The notes beneath the pieces were generated by a model. It did not search any database. It worked only from the letters and a program-made list of their open reading frames with translations, and had not been told where the DNA came from. From the human T2T-CHM13v2.0 reference genome, Homo sapiens: a stretch of DNA of 64,000 bases. Where the stretch lies: the NCBI RefSeq assembly GCF_009914755.1, contig NC_060926.1, one strand, 5' to 3'. Made by a program: the position numbers and the translations under genes. Of the stretch, positions 50,835 to 64,000 are shown piece by piece (the stretch's first letter is position 1; every line of letters begins with the position of its first letter).

Positions 50835-51945
50835 TAGTTTCTGGAAGAAGTCTCTAAATCTAAGCCTTCAACTCTCATCTCTGTTCTGAATTTCAGACCT
50901 GGAATTCTAACTGTCCACAATACATGGCTCCTCAATATATCTTCCTGAAATTACAAATGACCATACGGTACAGGTGTTACTATATTACCTGTAAGACCAC
51001 ACTCGGTGTCATCTCCTGCAAACTAGTCCTCTCCTGACTCCTCTGTTTCTGTGAGTGATTCTGCGATGGCTTGAGGTCATCCGTTTGCTTTGAAAGATCA
51101 CACACCAGGATACATACAGAGATGTGACCCGGATGGATGGACCTTTGCCTCACAATCAGGGTAGAAGCCTCTGGTTTTCTTATTTCTTTGTCCTCCTCTG
51201 TGGTGTGACACAGGTTCAGGAGGAGGTACCCAGACACAGAAGAGATGCTTTCCCTGTGCAGGCTTGCTGACAGTCTTGCCCACCACTCCTGGCCTCCTCC
51301 CTCTACATGTCCACATTCGCTGCTCTGACCCTGAGTTGGACCCAGCTAGGAATTGTGACTTCAGTTACTAGTATTTCCTCTGAGCCTCTAGTCATGGTCA
51401 TGGGCTAATCTGTATATGAAAACCCACTTGAAAGAAATCCCAGTGCTGAAGAAAGAATTGAAACATACAGATCGTTTCTTTGCTCAAGGGAGTGTGGATT
51501 TCAGTGCTCTCACTGAGCAGAGGCTGAGGGTGACCACCTTGGATCTTCCTGCAGGACACAGCCCAGAGAAACTGAGCCTGAATTTGCTGCCATGTTTTGA
51601 GGACATTATCCACGCTAGTCTCTTTCATCTGGGCCGAGGTGGGTAATTTTCCTTAGAGTCAAGTACTAGAAAAAGTTTTGCTTCTTCTAAGAGCTGGTAC
51701 ATTGCCCTCTTGTGAATGAGAGCCATGTATGTGACCACAACACCCTTTCAGTTGACCACTAAGAGACTGAAGGCCAATTCCGGATCAACTTTACAGCCGC
51801 CTACGGCCTGCTATACCACCCATGGCATAGTTTCTGTGGTCTGATGCTTTATTTTTTATTGCATTTTACTAATTTATGGCATGCATATCATATGAGCAGT
51901 CTCAAATCCTCCCCAGAACAAGGTGAGGAATATATTAATATTTAA

Positions 51946-51956
51946 AATAAAATAAA
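51946..51956 (+). terminator. PSD4: PSD4 distal poly(A) signals (overlapping AATAAA x2)
   Basis: AAAATAAAATAAAC followed by a (GT)n downstream element. Confidence 0.65.
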
Positions 51957-54900
51957 CAAAATGTCAGTGTGTGTGTGTGTCTTAGGCTGGAAATTCCTTA
52001 AGGGCAGGGACCATGTCTGTTTATATAGCACCTGGCACAGTGTCAAATTGAGGCTTAACACATGAATTTTGACGAAGAGCAGAAAGAAGCTGCAGAGACT
52101 TAGGCCTCATTCTCCCACCGATAGTCATCCAGACCAGTGTCCCCTTCCTCATGCCTGACGAATCCTTACCCCACTCCTAACCATACAGATTCACTCCCCA
52201 CAGTCTACCTGGTCCTCATACCAAGCTCATACTCGCTCACAAACCCAGCCACACCCACACCTGCTCAGAGGTTCACCCCAATCACCCAGCCCACCCTTTC
52301 ACCCACTGTCCCCACCGCCCTGCAAGCCCGTCCCAGGCTGGGCAGCCGCGTGTGGTGCTAGGAAATGCCACTGGCATTTGAGGCATTTGAGGTGCTGTCC
52401 CCACACGTGCCTTGGCCCTGTGGGGGCCTCCAGCCAGGCGGGGACCTGGGAGAGGGAGGGAGAGGATAAGCCGCTTCGAAACTCCAGATGCAGCAGTTAA
52501 AAAGAGGACAGAGGCAATGATCCTTCAAATTGCCACATCTGTATAATCTGCCTTTTATTTTCTGCTTCATGAAGTTTTATTTCCTATTATTTATTCACCT
52601 CCCCGCCCTCCCCTTCCCCGCCTCCACTCCTCCTTAGCAGGCGACATGCTCAGATGGGCCCTGAGCCTTGGCCCGGGTCTGGGTCCACCCCCATTCCCTC
52701 CCTGGGGCTGGCTGCTGGGAGGAGGCACCTGCTCCCCGCTTCTCTGACTCCCTATCTTCTACTTTCCCTCCCTTCCTTGGGACATTTGGGTACTGCATCC
52801 CCCCATCATTGTGTTTCAGCCTCTAAAGTCCCCTCCCTCCATCCTCCAAGTAGACCTCTGAGAAAATGTGTATGCATCATAGGGATCATGGAGGTGAGGC
52901 CTGTTCCTAAAGCCTGTATCACTGTCACCTCCCCCAGCAGTCCTAGAACTCACAGCCAGGTGATGTCCCTGGCCCTCTCCTTTCCTCTGCTTGCCATTTC
53001 CCACTCTCCCCACCCTGGACCCTTCTCTCCCTTTTCTAGTCCTCCAACCTGTGGTTGAGGAGCTGGGCTGGTCCACCCTGGGTGCAGGGGGCTATCAAGA
53101 TGGGAAGGAGGGGACCAGCCAGATGTGCAGGGAGGGGCAGCCTGTAGTCTGTTTTCAGGCCTTGGGTACCCACTGCCCCCTTCCCCACCCAGGTGTAAGA
53201 ACAAAGCAGCAGCTCAGAGAGAGACCCAGGCCTTCTGGTTCTAGGCTTGTGGTCTGGTTAGATAGGTTTGGGGCAAGTCTGGAAGACGGCGGTTGGAATG
53301 GGGTAAGAGGGTATTTGGGAAAGGATGCTGATGATGTTTCATTTCTTCCTTGCCCAGCACCGCCTTACTCCTCCCAGACACAGAAGCATAGGAGGCCAGG
53401 GGAGCAGCCTTTTTCCAGGAAGACAGGTCGGACTTCAGGCTTGAGGGTTAGAGTTTGCAGTTGCTGTTCCTAGTGGCTGCTTCTTGGAGAAGACAGTGAT
53501 CCCAGATAGAGGCCTGGGATGACCATGAGGGATTTTGCAAGTATTATCTGAAAACCAACAGTATTTTGTATTTTATGTGCAACTGTCTTCTGATGTTCAC
53601 TTTCCCACTTTGCTCTATAGTTCTGTACAAGTCTCGTTTCTTAAGCTGTTTTTTGTTCGTTTGTTTGTTTTTGTTTTTTTTCCCCTTGGGAGCTGGGAGG
53701 AGTCCTTTTGGGTTCATCTTGTTTTCTCCTGGTGCCTACCAAAGGGAAACGTTCATAGCAGGTAGTTCATAAAAGACTTCTGAATAAATGAATGAATGAG
53801 GGAATCAACTAATGTAAGGGCTATAGCAGAATCCTCATGCCCCAGCCTATACTAACTGTGGCTAGCTGGCTGTCCTCTGGTTTCTGCCCCATCCTGGAAT
53901 TTTTTGGAAGCCTGGCTTTAGCTCGGCAAGCTGAGTCAGGACCCAAGCTCCCATCAGGCAGGGTGGGGCACCAGAAGCCGAGCCACTCCCACCCCAAACA
54001 CAGAGCAGATTCCAAATATGGAAATATGGTGTTTGCCTGATGGAAAATTCCCGGGGAAACTTTGGAGAAAGAGGGCTTCATACCTAAACCAGTCAGATGA
54101 GGCCCTCAATGCTTGTCACTGACCTGGGTCACTACTGCGTCACAGCGTTGAGCTGGACATTTTTCTGGCTCAAGCCATGCATTTTACAGTTGAGGTAAGT
54201 GAGCAGTCTCCTGGGGTCGCCAGAAGGGAAGGGACAGAAATCCGGTCACAACCCTACACTCCAGGTCTGGGCCCTTTTAGCAATATCCCTCAGCCAATCT
54301 CTCCCAGGGGGAAAACAAAGGCAATAACCAGGGGCCGTGTTATTATGATATGATAACTAACAAAAGTTTAATAACACCAACCAGTTCAGCCCCTGGAATA
54401 ACAGACCAGGCCGACCCTTTCCCGCTGCCTCAGCAAAGAGGGTGTTTCTAGGGAAGAAATGGCTATACTTTGCAAGTAAACACTTTCATCACCTTCATGA
54501 CGACAAGAGCTCCAGGCCTTGTTCCTGCCTTCTTTCTTCCTCCTTGTCTGTTTCTCTTCCTTGTTTTCCTCCGGTGGGGAAATGAGTTTCCATTCTGACC
54601 AAGCTCATCTGTTTTAAGGATAATTTCTTTCCCGCTGCAGTTAAGTCTTCTGGGTGCTCTCATTTCCCCAGGGGGATGGATATATGTGGGGGTATTAATG
54701 CTACCCACAGCTGGGGGCCTCCCCACTGGGTTCCTCTAGGAGGTGAGGACAGGGGAATGATGTGACTTTGGGGGGAGGATGAGAGGGCCTGGACTGTGAG
54801 GTCCCAATCTGTGCTCCTAGCAAGGGCTGTCTGTGGCTGTCAGTGAAGCTTGCTACCAGGCCCCCATCTCCAGCAAAAAAAAGCAAACAAACATAAAACA

Positions 54901-55839
54901 AACAAAAAAGACGGTATTTATAAATGAACTTGTCTCTCACTGGGGCGGCTCCGGGCGTCTGGGCAGTAGGCGGATAAGCCTGCGCCCACGAGGTCGTGTT
55001 CAGGAGCAGGAGCTCGGGCTCCTGAAACTGGAGGGGAGGGTGCCTTGTCTGGGGGAGGTGCCTTGGCTTCAGGGAGGGTGCCTTGGCTGTGGAGAAGGCA
55101 GGAGAGAGTCTGACGGGAAGAAGACCATGGAGGAGGAGGGGAAGTGGGGGGGTCTCGGAGGGGGTAGGGGAGGGAGGCGTGGTGGGGGGGTGTTGGCTTC
55201 ATGCTGTTACTAGTTTGATTTATCCCTAATGAGTTCTCAGCACATGGCTGCTCCCGGCTCACTCCAGGGGCCAGCCGGCCCGCCCCGACTCTGCAGCAAC
55301 AGCAGCAGCTCGCTCAGAAAAGAGCCAATTTCCACACTGCACAGTCCGCTTCACTCAGGGGGAAATCACATTTCCCCGGGAGAGCCGCAGGCAGCGCTTC
55401 CCTCCACAGCCTGGCTGGCTGCCACCGGGCACAGATGCCAAGGAGCTGGGTCCCCCACCTCCCCTTCCCTCCCCATCCAAAGCCCCTCTTGCCACCTTCC
55501 AGGAGGCCTGAGCCCCTCCACCGTGGGCCTTAGCCCCTGCTGCTTCTCAAGGGTAGGAGAAAGAGCGAGGTCAGGGGAAGGAGAGACCTGTCCGCCCTGT
55601 CTGCCTGCTCCAGCTTCTTGCAGGAAGGAGAACCAGGCACCCTCCTTCTATGTGAAGGGCATGGAGATGTAGGGATGGGGTTGGTGACAGTGGTGTGTGC
55701 CTATGAGAGTGGGGACTCGTGGGGACAGGCGTCTGCCACCCAGGAGGTAATGACCTCCAGCGTCTGTGTCCCAGTGGTCCCCAAAGAGCCGCAGGAGCTG
55801 TAGACAGTAATGAGAAGAGCAAGAAGCCAAGGAGAGGGC

Positions 55840-56010
55840 CATGGGGCGAGGGCGATGGGGAGAGGACAAAGGGGAGAGGGAGATGGGGAGAGGGAGAAGA
55901 GGGGAGGGTAATGGGGAGAGGGAGAAGAGGGGAGGGTGATGGGGAGAGGGAGAAGGGGAGAGGGTGATGGGGAGAAGGTGATAGTGAGAGGGCACTGGAG
56001 AGAGGGAGGA
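55840..56010. repeat. Polypurine GGGGAGAGGGAGAAG / ATGGGGAGA low-complexity minisatellite
   Basis: Degenerate repeats of (G/A)ATGGGGAGAGGGAGAAG. Confidence 0.85.
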
Positions 56011-57064
56011 AGGATGCTTCCTGGCATTTCCTGAGGAGGTCAGGGACTCCGAGCTCTCCCCAAACATTCCCTGTCTCTTTCCCTCATTCATAGCCCTGGA
56101 GACACGAATGTCTCTCAAACAGTCGGGAAAGGAATAATTGCTGTAGACTCAGTAGAAAAGGAAAAAAACTAGAAAACTAGAAGAAGTGAACAAAGGAAGG
56201 AGATAGAGGTGAGAGAGAGGGAGTTTCTTCCATGAGAACCATAGCCATGGCGGCTCGGTCACTTGGCGTCAGAAGGTAGCACAGCAGCCTGGGGCAGAGG
56301 AGCCACCAGCTCCTTTATGGAACATGGAAGGCTTTATGACCTTAAAGGTTAGAGAGGGGCTGCCAAAGGGCACCCTGAAGGGAGATTTAGGGCCAAGGAT
56401 GGAGGGAAGTCTGAGATCAGCCTGGCACAAATCTGCCTGGTCCCAGTGCTTCTTCAGTTGAGCTCTGGGCCTTGCGTCCAGTCACGCTTTGCAGGGAGGG
56501 GCAGCAGAAGTCACTGTGCCCCAACTGGCCAAGTGACTTCTGCCGCCCCTCCCTGCAAAGCAAAGGGTGTCTGACATCTCTCAGAAGCCTGGCCATATCC
56601 AGATATCTGAGGCCTGACAATAGGATGCAGACTAGGCCTTGGATTAGGGGTAAGGCTGTGGTCCCTGCTCCTCTGCTGACTCGCTGAATGACCTTGAAAA
56701 AGTCAAGTTATCTCTTGGTCTCAGATTCCCCAAGTGCAAAATAAAAGGGGGCCAATATTCAGAATCAGAGATGTAAATGGATGTGAATGGGCTTTGTATG
56801 GAAAAAGAAACTAAGCCTGTGGAGAGGGTTATTACCACTTCTGAGGCTGAGGCAGGACAGAGATGCTGTTAAGCTGTGGGTGCAGGAGCTGCCTAGGAGG
56901 GAGCTCAATCCCTCCCTCCCCGCGGCCTCCCTCAGTCCTGATTGACAGGACTGATGCTGACGCCCAGGCCCAGTAGTAATGGCGTTGAGGTCTGCAGTCC
57001 CCTTCCTCTGGTGCCCACCCCCAGAGGACAAGGAAGTGTGAATTATCTTAAAGAAGGCTCATGG

Positions 57065-57372
<308 letters not shown>

Positions 57373-58602
57373 GGAAGCCTCATGTTGGTATGGATGGGAA
57401 AGGTGTGTGTATTTTGGGTGGTGGAAGTGGGAGGATGGTGAGGGCAGGTGGGAGAGGGGAGATCTTAGCAACAGCCTCAACCTGTCTGTCTTTCTGTTTC
57501 TATTTGGAGGCTCCTGCTTCCACTTCCAGTAGGTTTCACTAACTCCTCTTGCCTGAAGTTGTCACCAGGGTTGAGTGTGTGTTTTTGAGTGTGTGTTTGG
57601 CACACAGAGGGCAGAAGATACATGTTTCTTAGTCTCACAACTCATGGCAAGGATATTGGAGAAGTAAGAGATGATGTGACAAGGGGAGGGGTTGGAACTA
57701 GCCTGGGGGCTGGCTTTGTAGGTGAGGACTCCCAGTTCCGCTGTCTCTAGTCCTGGAACTTTGTGGTAGAGGTTACGGGGTCACAGCAATTCTGTTCATC
57801 TGGTGGGCCCCAGGCAGGGTTCCAGCTGCCCCCTTTCCCAGCAAGAAACCCACTGACCTGCCAGAGTTGGTTGGTCCACATGAATTTCCTGCAAGCTCCT
57901 AGCACCCTGGGCTGGCCTGGCCTGTGCTAGAACCTGAGGATGAAGAGGAGTGAGGGTAATGGACCAGGGAGAAGTTAAGAGTAAACTGCCTGGGAAGCTC
58001 AGGTGGTCTCTCTACATGAGCAGTGAAAGGGATTATTCCAGGGGGAAGGGATAGGCCCTCAGTGCTCTCAATGCCTCAGCAATGTTTTGGGCCCATCCTC
58101 ATCCCCAATTCTCCTACAAACACACATACCACCCCCAGAGAACCCCTGGCTCCCCTGCACCATAAAGCAACCCCCCTTCACCTGCGACCACTCACAGAAG
58201 CCGCCCTCCCTACCCCAGGTGAAAGTGGCCCCTCGGCCAACCCTCAAAGCCCCCTGCGTGTCCTCCCTGTCCTTGCCATCCCACCTTTCTTCATTGCGTC
58301 CCCCCCATGTGCCAGCCTGACTCCTCCCAACACCACCCCAAATGCCGGAGCACGTCGAATTGTCTTTCTTTCGCCCGATACATAAATGGCCTTATTTTCT
58401 GAGCCCGAAAAGGGGACCCATGGTTTGACCATGGGCAGAATATTGGATGGGTACTAGCCAAGGCCTGTTACATGGGGAACACATCCCACAGTCAACAAAC
58501 ACCCGCTCTGAGCAGAGGCTCCTGGCAAGCCCAGCTCACCTCCGGGAAAGAAAGGCGAGTTTTAAACCATGGTCACCTTAGTCAAAGCACAGCCCAAGCC
58601 CC

Positions 58603-58608
58603 TTTATT
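58603..58608 (-). terminator. PAX8: PAX8 distal poly(A) signal (AATAAA on the - strand)
   Basis: TTTATT on the + strand, ~2.5 kb past the PAX8 stop. Confidence 0.7.
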
Positions 58609-59950
58609 GGTTGTGAGTTGGAAAGGGTCTGCCGGGGGTACAGAGTGTCCCCAGAGGGGCTGTGGCTGTGAATGCAAGGGATCGCTCTATGGGCTCCTTG
58701 GGATGCTGTGCTCAAAGTGATTCTTGGGTAGGGAGCCCTCGGGATCCCAGAGGTTTGTGGTCAGGAAGACTCTCAGATGTCATGGATTCGGAGTCGCGCT
58801 GCAGAGGGAAGTTCTGCCATTGAAAAACCAGCCGCATCTCAGATCCCTTCAGAAGAGATGGATTTTCTTCCAGGAGGGTTCCCCCTGCCATGCCATCCAT
58901 GGCAGCATCCCTAACCGCTCTTTGGGAGGCCTAAGGAGGTAAGAGCCCTCTCTCCCAGCCTCTGTCCTCCCAGCCCTGGAGTCCTTGGGCCCCTTCTATC
59001 TGACTCAATCCCAGTGTTGTTTGTCCAGCTGCCCATATTCACCTGGGCATCCCAGCTGCAGGCCCCTGCCCCCTTGTTCCAGCTGTGTCCCACATGGAGA
59101 AGGTCCATGTGGACACCAGACAGCCCCCTGGAGTGCAGAGCCCGAGCTGTCACATTGCATTTCCCAGATTTCCTGGAGGTGGTTGGCCTAAAGTGCTAAG
59201 TCTCTACAGCCTCCCTCACCTTGTCCTGGCCACACTACACTCTACCTCTCCATTCAGTCAGGTCAAATCTTTAGCAAATCAAAAGAAATTAAATCCCCAG
59301 TGGCAGCTCCAGAACCTCCACTGGGTCTAGAACCATTTGGCATCCCTGATGAGGACTCTGGGGTTTTGGGTAAAAGCGTTGGGCTTAGAGTAAGAGGACT
59401 TGGTTGAATCTACTACTTTTCATCTTGGACAAGACATCTCATTTTTTTCAAAGCCTCAGTTTCCTCATATGTAAAATGAAGCTGTATGTAAAACAGGGCT
59501 AATTTCAGCTTAACTTATATGAAGCCTTCCATACTGTGCCTGGCACACAAGAGAGCCCAGTCTTCTCTCTCCCTTCAGAGCTGTTTATGCAGGCTCCAGT
59601 CACAGCTATTCCCGGATCCCTCACTAACCCACCCTGCTGATTCTCTGGCTTCCTGTTAATAACAACAGCAACTCCTTGTGGGGAGTCTATGGTTGGCTCA
59701 GTACTGTGCTATCCTTGCATTTGCTCAGTGTTGAAGAACTTGGGATGAGTGAGGTACCCAGCGTTCAACGTGAATTAAAGGCAGAGGGAGAAGGCCAAGC
59801 CAGAGCTCTGGGGCATCAGATGGTCCCTTCCAGCCCACGGCCCCAAAGTGAGTTTGTCGGCTACTCAGCTCTGATGTTCTTGGGAGAAAGCCCAGCCCCG
59901 GGATGCCTCCTTCCCCAGCCAACCCCAAAGCCTGAGATGAAGAGCAATGG

Positions 59951-59956
59951 TTTATT
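59951..59956 (-). terminator. PAX8: PAX8 proximal poly(A) signal
   Basis: TTTATT on the + strand, ~1.15 kb past the stop. Confidence 0.65.
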
Positions 59957-61108
59957 GAGTCATGTGGTAATGGCAGGTTGTCTTTAAAAAAAGAAAGAAG
60001 CATCAAGGAGAGAAGCCCCACAGGGCAAAGAGAGACATTTCACTCAGAGGCCAAAGTCTGGGGGTTAGAAAGAAGGAAGCTTGACCCAAACAAAGTTTCA
60101 TTTACAGTGTATACAGTCAGGCCTTGGGGGCAGGAGCTGCTGGGGAGCAGAGAGGGACCCTCTATCGCTGGCTTCAGGGGGTGCCTTGGGTCCCTTCAGT
60201 AGCTGGTGGGCGTGAGCTGCAGGAAGCACATTTGGCTTGGCAGGAGCTGTCAGGAAGGGGAAGCGGGTTTCCTGCGATTCTGCCTTGTTCTGCCCTGGGT
60301 GAAGCCGCACACCACACCTCACCTCCCAGGGGCCCAGGCCCTGTGGAATGTCTGTTTTAAGCTCCCTGGGGCTGGCCTGGCTGACGGCAGCTGCCAAGGG
60401 GATGCCGCACTGCAGGAGGACCTGGGGTGGTGCTATACCTTCACAGCAGCAGGCAAAAGAGGTCAGCTGACAGCCTGGTGGAATTTCTGAGGGACTCGCT
60501 CCAGCCCTCAGCCCATGCCCAAGAGGGAGGTGTAGAAAGAGCCAAGCAAATGGAGTGGAGAAAGAGGACAGCCAGAGCCTCCGTGTGGGGCAGGCGGGAG
60601 GCTGAGGGAGGTGACTCCCTGGGTGGCTGGTGAGGAGAGCCTCGGCACCAGGCTGTGACTTGTGGGCTGGAGGGAAGTGCTTATGGTCCATAATTGCTAG
60701 AGTTGTGTTAATAATGGAGCCATGGAGGTGCCCTGTGCACCCCTTGGGCCCGGGCAGGAACCATTCGCCATCCCCCCAAGTTCCTCGGCTATTGCTTCTT
60801 CTCTCCTTTGGTGGGTACCGGCTGGGGGCTACATTTCTTCTTCAATTTTGTCTTTTTCAGCATGGCATGGTTCTCTTTCCCTGGGACTCCTGCCCCTCAT
60901 TAAGGAGTCTTGGAGGACAGTTTGGCCTTGTCCAAGGTCATCCTGTCTTTCATGGTTCATTAAATTAACCACACAGGGAGTGTGCCGCAATGCTGGACTT
61001 GTGGTTATTTTTCATGTAATAAATAAAGATTCCTTTGTGTGACTCTCTGGGGCCTGTCCCAGGCTGAGTCCTCCTGTTGCTCAGTCGCTCCCACTGTCCC
61101 CATGGCAA

Positions 61109-61288
<180 letters not shown>

Positions 61289-62587
61289 TCATTCATTTCT
61301 CTGGCCTATCTGATCATCGAAGATTAACTCCTCTCCAGCCCTATTTCCTCCTTCTCTGGCCTCACCTTTGAGTTTCTGGCCAGAATGAGAACAGTGGCTT
61401 CTTGCCCCTTCCCCCTATGGCTGCTTTGACCTTCAACACCCTCGTTGCAATAGGGAGAGGGCAATAGAAAACAATTGCATGTGGAACCCCAAAGAATCAA
61501 GTGCACTGAGAGGTCATTGGGATCCTCCCTAGCCTTGCCCAAACAGTGCCAGGACAGAGAGTCTTCTTTCTTAAGACCCAGGGAGATTAGACTGCTGAGG
61601 GGTCAAAGGGGATCTGGGCTTGACGGCCCTTAAGGTGAGGCTCTGCACACCTGCAGGATGGGCAGCCTGGGGAGGCTCAGTGGGAAGGTGCCTGAACCCT
61701 GGCATGTCTCATTGCCCTCGTCTTTTCTGGCTAAATTGAATGGAAAGCTGGGTTGGAGTTGAACTCATCTGGCAAACAGGGCCCAGGTCTGCCACCTTTC
61801 AAGTTATTTCTGGAATACAAAGAGGTAATGGGAGGAGAGGGGGTCTTGGGGAATGGATGGTTCCTAGCCTGCAATGGTGCCTGTGGGGTTGGCCATCCTT
61901 GGATCACTGCTTCTGTCTGGCTCCGGTTTGCTCTGATACACCCAAGGCCACCACTCAGGGAGGCTCTAGTGGGATCCCTCAAGTCCCCCCATTGGTGGGG
62001 TTTTGCTTTGCTGAAAAGCTTCTCTTCCCAGTTCAGGACCCCAGGACAAGAGAGGGGTGAAGAGAAGCCTGGAAGCTCGCTGAAGCTCACTCTCTGGACC
62101 TCGACCCTGAATACTGTCTTCATCTCAGGCTAAATATGGGGAATGTGGTGGAACAAAAGATTTCTGTTTAAGGGTTTGGTGCTGAATCATGAGTATTTCT
62201 GAGCCACTTAGATGGTTAATGGGGGCAACAGGATGGCATTCTTGAAACTGGCTCCCAGGAAGGAGGGCAGTTACATTCTGGCGGGTGCCCTGCGTCAGTG
62301 TCTGCACTGTGGGACTGTAAGCCGTGGAGGCAGGAGGTCCTCTCTTAGGCTTTTCTCAAGTCCTCCCTTGTCCTCCCCTTCAAGGCCTGAGCCCTGAATC
62401 TTACACAAAACAAAGATTTAAAAGACATGGGCTTGAGAAGCAGGAGGGAAACAAATGCCTGGAAGCCTCTGGACTTCTGCCCTCTTTCCCCAAACAACCA
62501 GGTACACTGCCCTCCTGCTGCCTTCTTCCATCACAAACAGCACCATCTCCCAGGCCCTCTGTATAATCTGAGGACTCCCAGCTTTCA

Positions 62588-62797
<210 letters not shown>

Positions 62798-63589
62798 TCA
62801 ATGCAGGGCTGGGGTGTGGGAAGGTCTGCAGGGCTGGCAATGGGCAAGCTCAGGAATGGTGGGGGAGACAGTTGGAGCCACGGCAGGGACAATGGAGCTC
62901 AGAAGGTCCCTCTGTCATCCCTTTTGGAACCCATCGATCTGGAAAATTTGGGGCAGTGTCCTTTTCCGTAGGTACTGGAGGCACTGGCTTGACATACTAC
63001 AGCCCTCCCAGGAGGCCCAGAAGGTAGATGTTATAACTACCCCCATTTTCCAGATGAAGAAACTGAGCCTCTGGGATCTGCGGAAGCTCCCAGAGCTGGA
63101 GGGTTTGGTGGAGCTGGGAAACTGTGCTGTGAGTGTAGGGCCCAGGGACTAACTGCTCCTTCTGCTGCCTGGACCTTCTGGAGAAGGGCTCTTCTGGGAG
63201 GGCCCCACAGCAGGGGTATGGGGTTAGGGGCCAAAGAGGACATCCATATATATGAACCTTTTAGCCTCGCTAGGTATGAGTGTGTGTGTTTGTGTGCATG
63301 GGGGGCTGAGGGGAGGTGTGAGGGTTAAGGATGGGAGAGGAGGGAGAGCCCCAGAGGGCACACACCCTCAGGAAGCTGTGTCCTGGGACTTGGAGTAGTT
63401 TGTTGTTCCATCCTGAGTCTGCCGCTTTAAGCAAACTCAACGTATAAATTTACACAAAGTAAATCAGATCACCTCCTTCTGTTAATGGATTCTTGAGTTT
63501 TCCAAAGGAATTATTTACCGAAGAAATTACTTAAGAATTCCCTTACATAACAAAAACAAAGTCAAACTGATCACCACAGCTACTACCGG

Positions 63590-63800
63590 TGCTTGGTAAA
63601 GAGCTTAAAGTTTGTAAAGCACTTTCCCATACATTATGATCTTTTATTTTCAAGACTACCCCATGAGGTACTCATGGATACTACCAATTTATAGAAAAGG
63701 AAACTGGAGTGCAGCATGATTAAGCAGTTTGCCTCAAATCACACTGTTGTTAAATGTCAGAGTAGAACTCGACCTTAGGGCTCTTGACTCCAAATTGCAG
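63590..63800 (-). mobile_element. MIR
   Basis: AAAGCACTTTCCCATACATTAT...TTTATAGAAAAGGAAACTG...CTTGACTCCAA. Confidence 0.65.
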
Positions 63801-64000
63801 ATAATCCCTTTATTCACTTATGCGATAATTCCATTTACAAAGCTAGATTCCTGCCAACCCTGAGACTCAATGAATGTCCACCCAGCCTTTCAGAAACTCA
63901 CCTACGATTGGGAGCTATGTGGTTCTGAGTCTCCTTCCGCAGACTCTTTGGAGGGGTTGCTCGAAACTCCCTGACTCTGGAGCTGACCTGTCTAGAGTCA

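Overview
Human (primate) genomic DNA from the PSD4-PAX8 locus on chromosome 2. On the + strand lies the complete PSD4/EFA6B gene (ARF6 GEF): a non-coding exon 1 at an ETS-rich promoter (~16.5 kb) and 16 coding exons (25026-43991) that I spliced by hand into 3171 nt, i.e. 1056 aa with Sec7, PH and coiled-coil regions. Poly(A) signals sit at ~45.47 kb and ~51.95 kb. The last two coding exons and 3'UTR of PAX8 converge from the - strand (58.6-62.8 kb). The rest is Alu, MIR, L1, L2, LTR and DNA-transposon repeats, plus CpG islands at the window start and over PSD4 exons 15-16. The most notable unexplained structures are: (1) a ~0.8 kb inverted duplication of unique sequence inside PSD4 intron 5, with a ~98% identical core but diverged, Alu-interrupted inner ends, reaching the exon-6 branch point; (2) coding exon 3 ending inside a MIR that supplies a non-canonical GC donor; (3) a 41-aa tandem duplication in exon 2; (4) a possible upstream exon plus 18-nt microexon in frame with PSD4; (5) uORFs; (6) inverted Alus in the long 3'UTR. 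I found no prokaryotic-type system (CRISPR, operon). Repeat subfamily names come from recalled consensus sequences and their boundaries are approximate.
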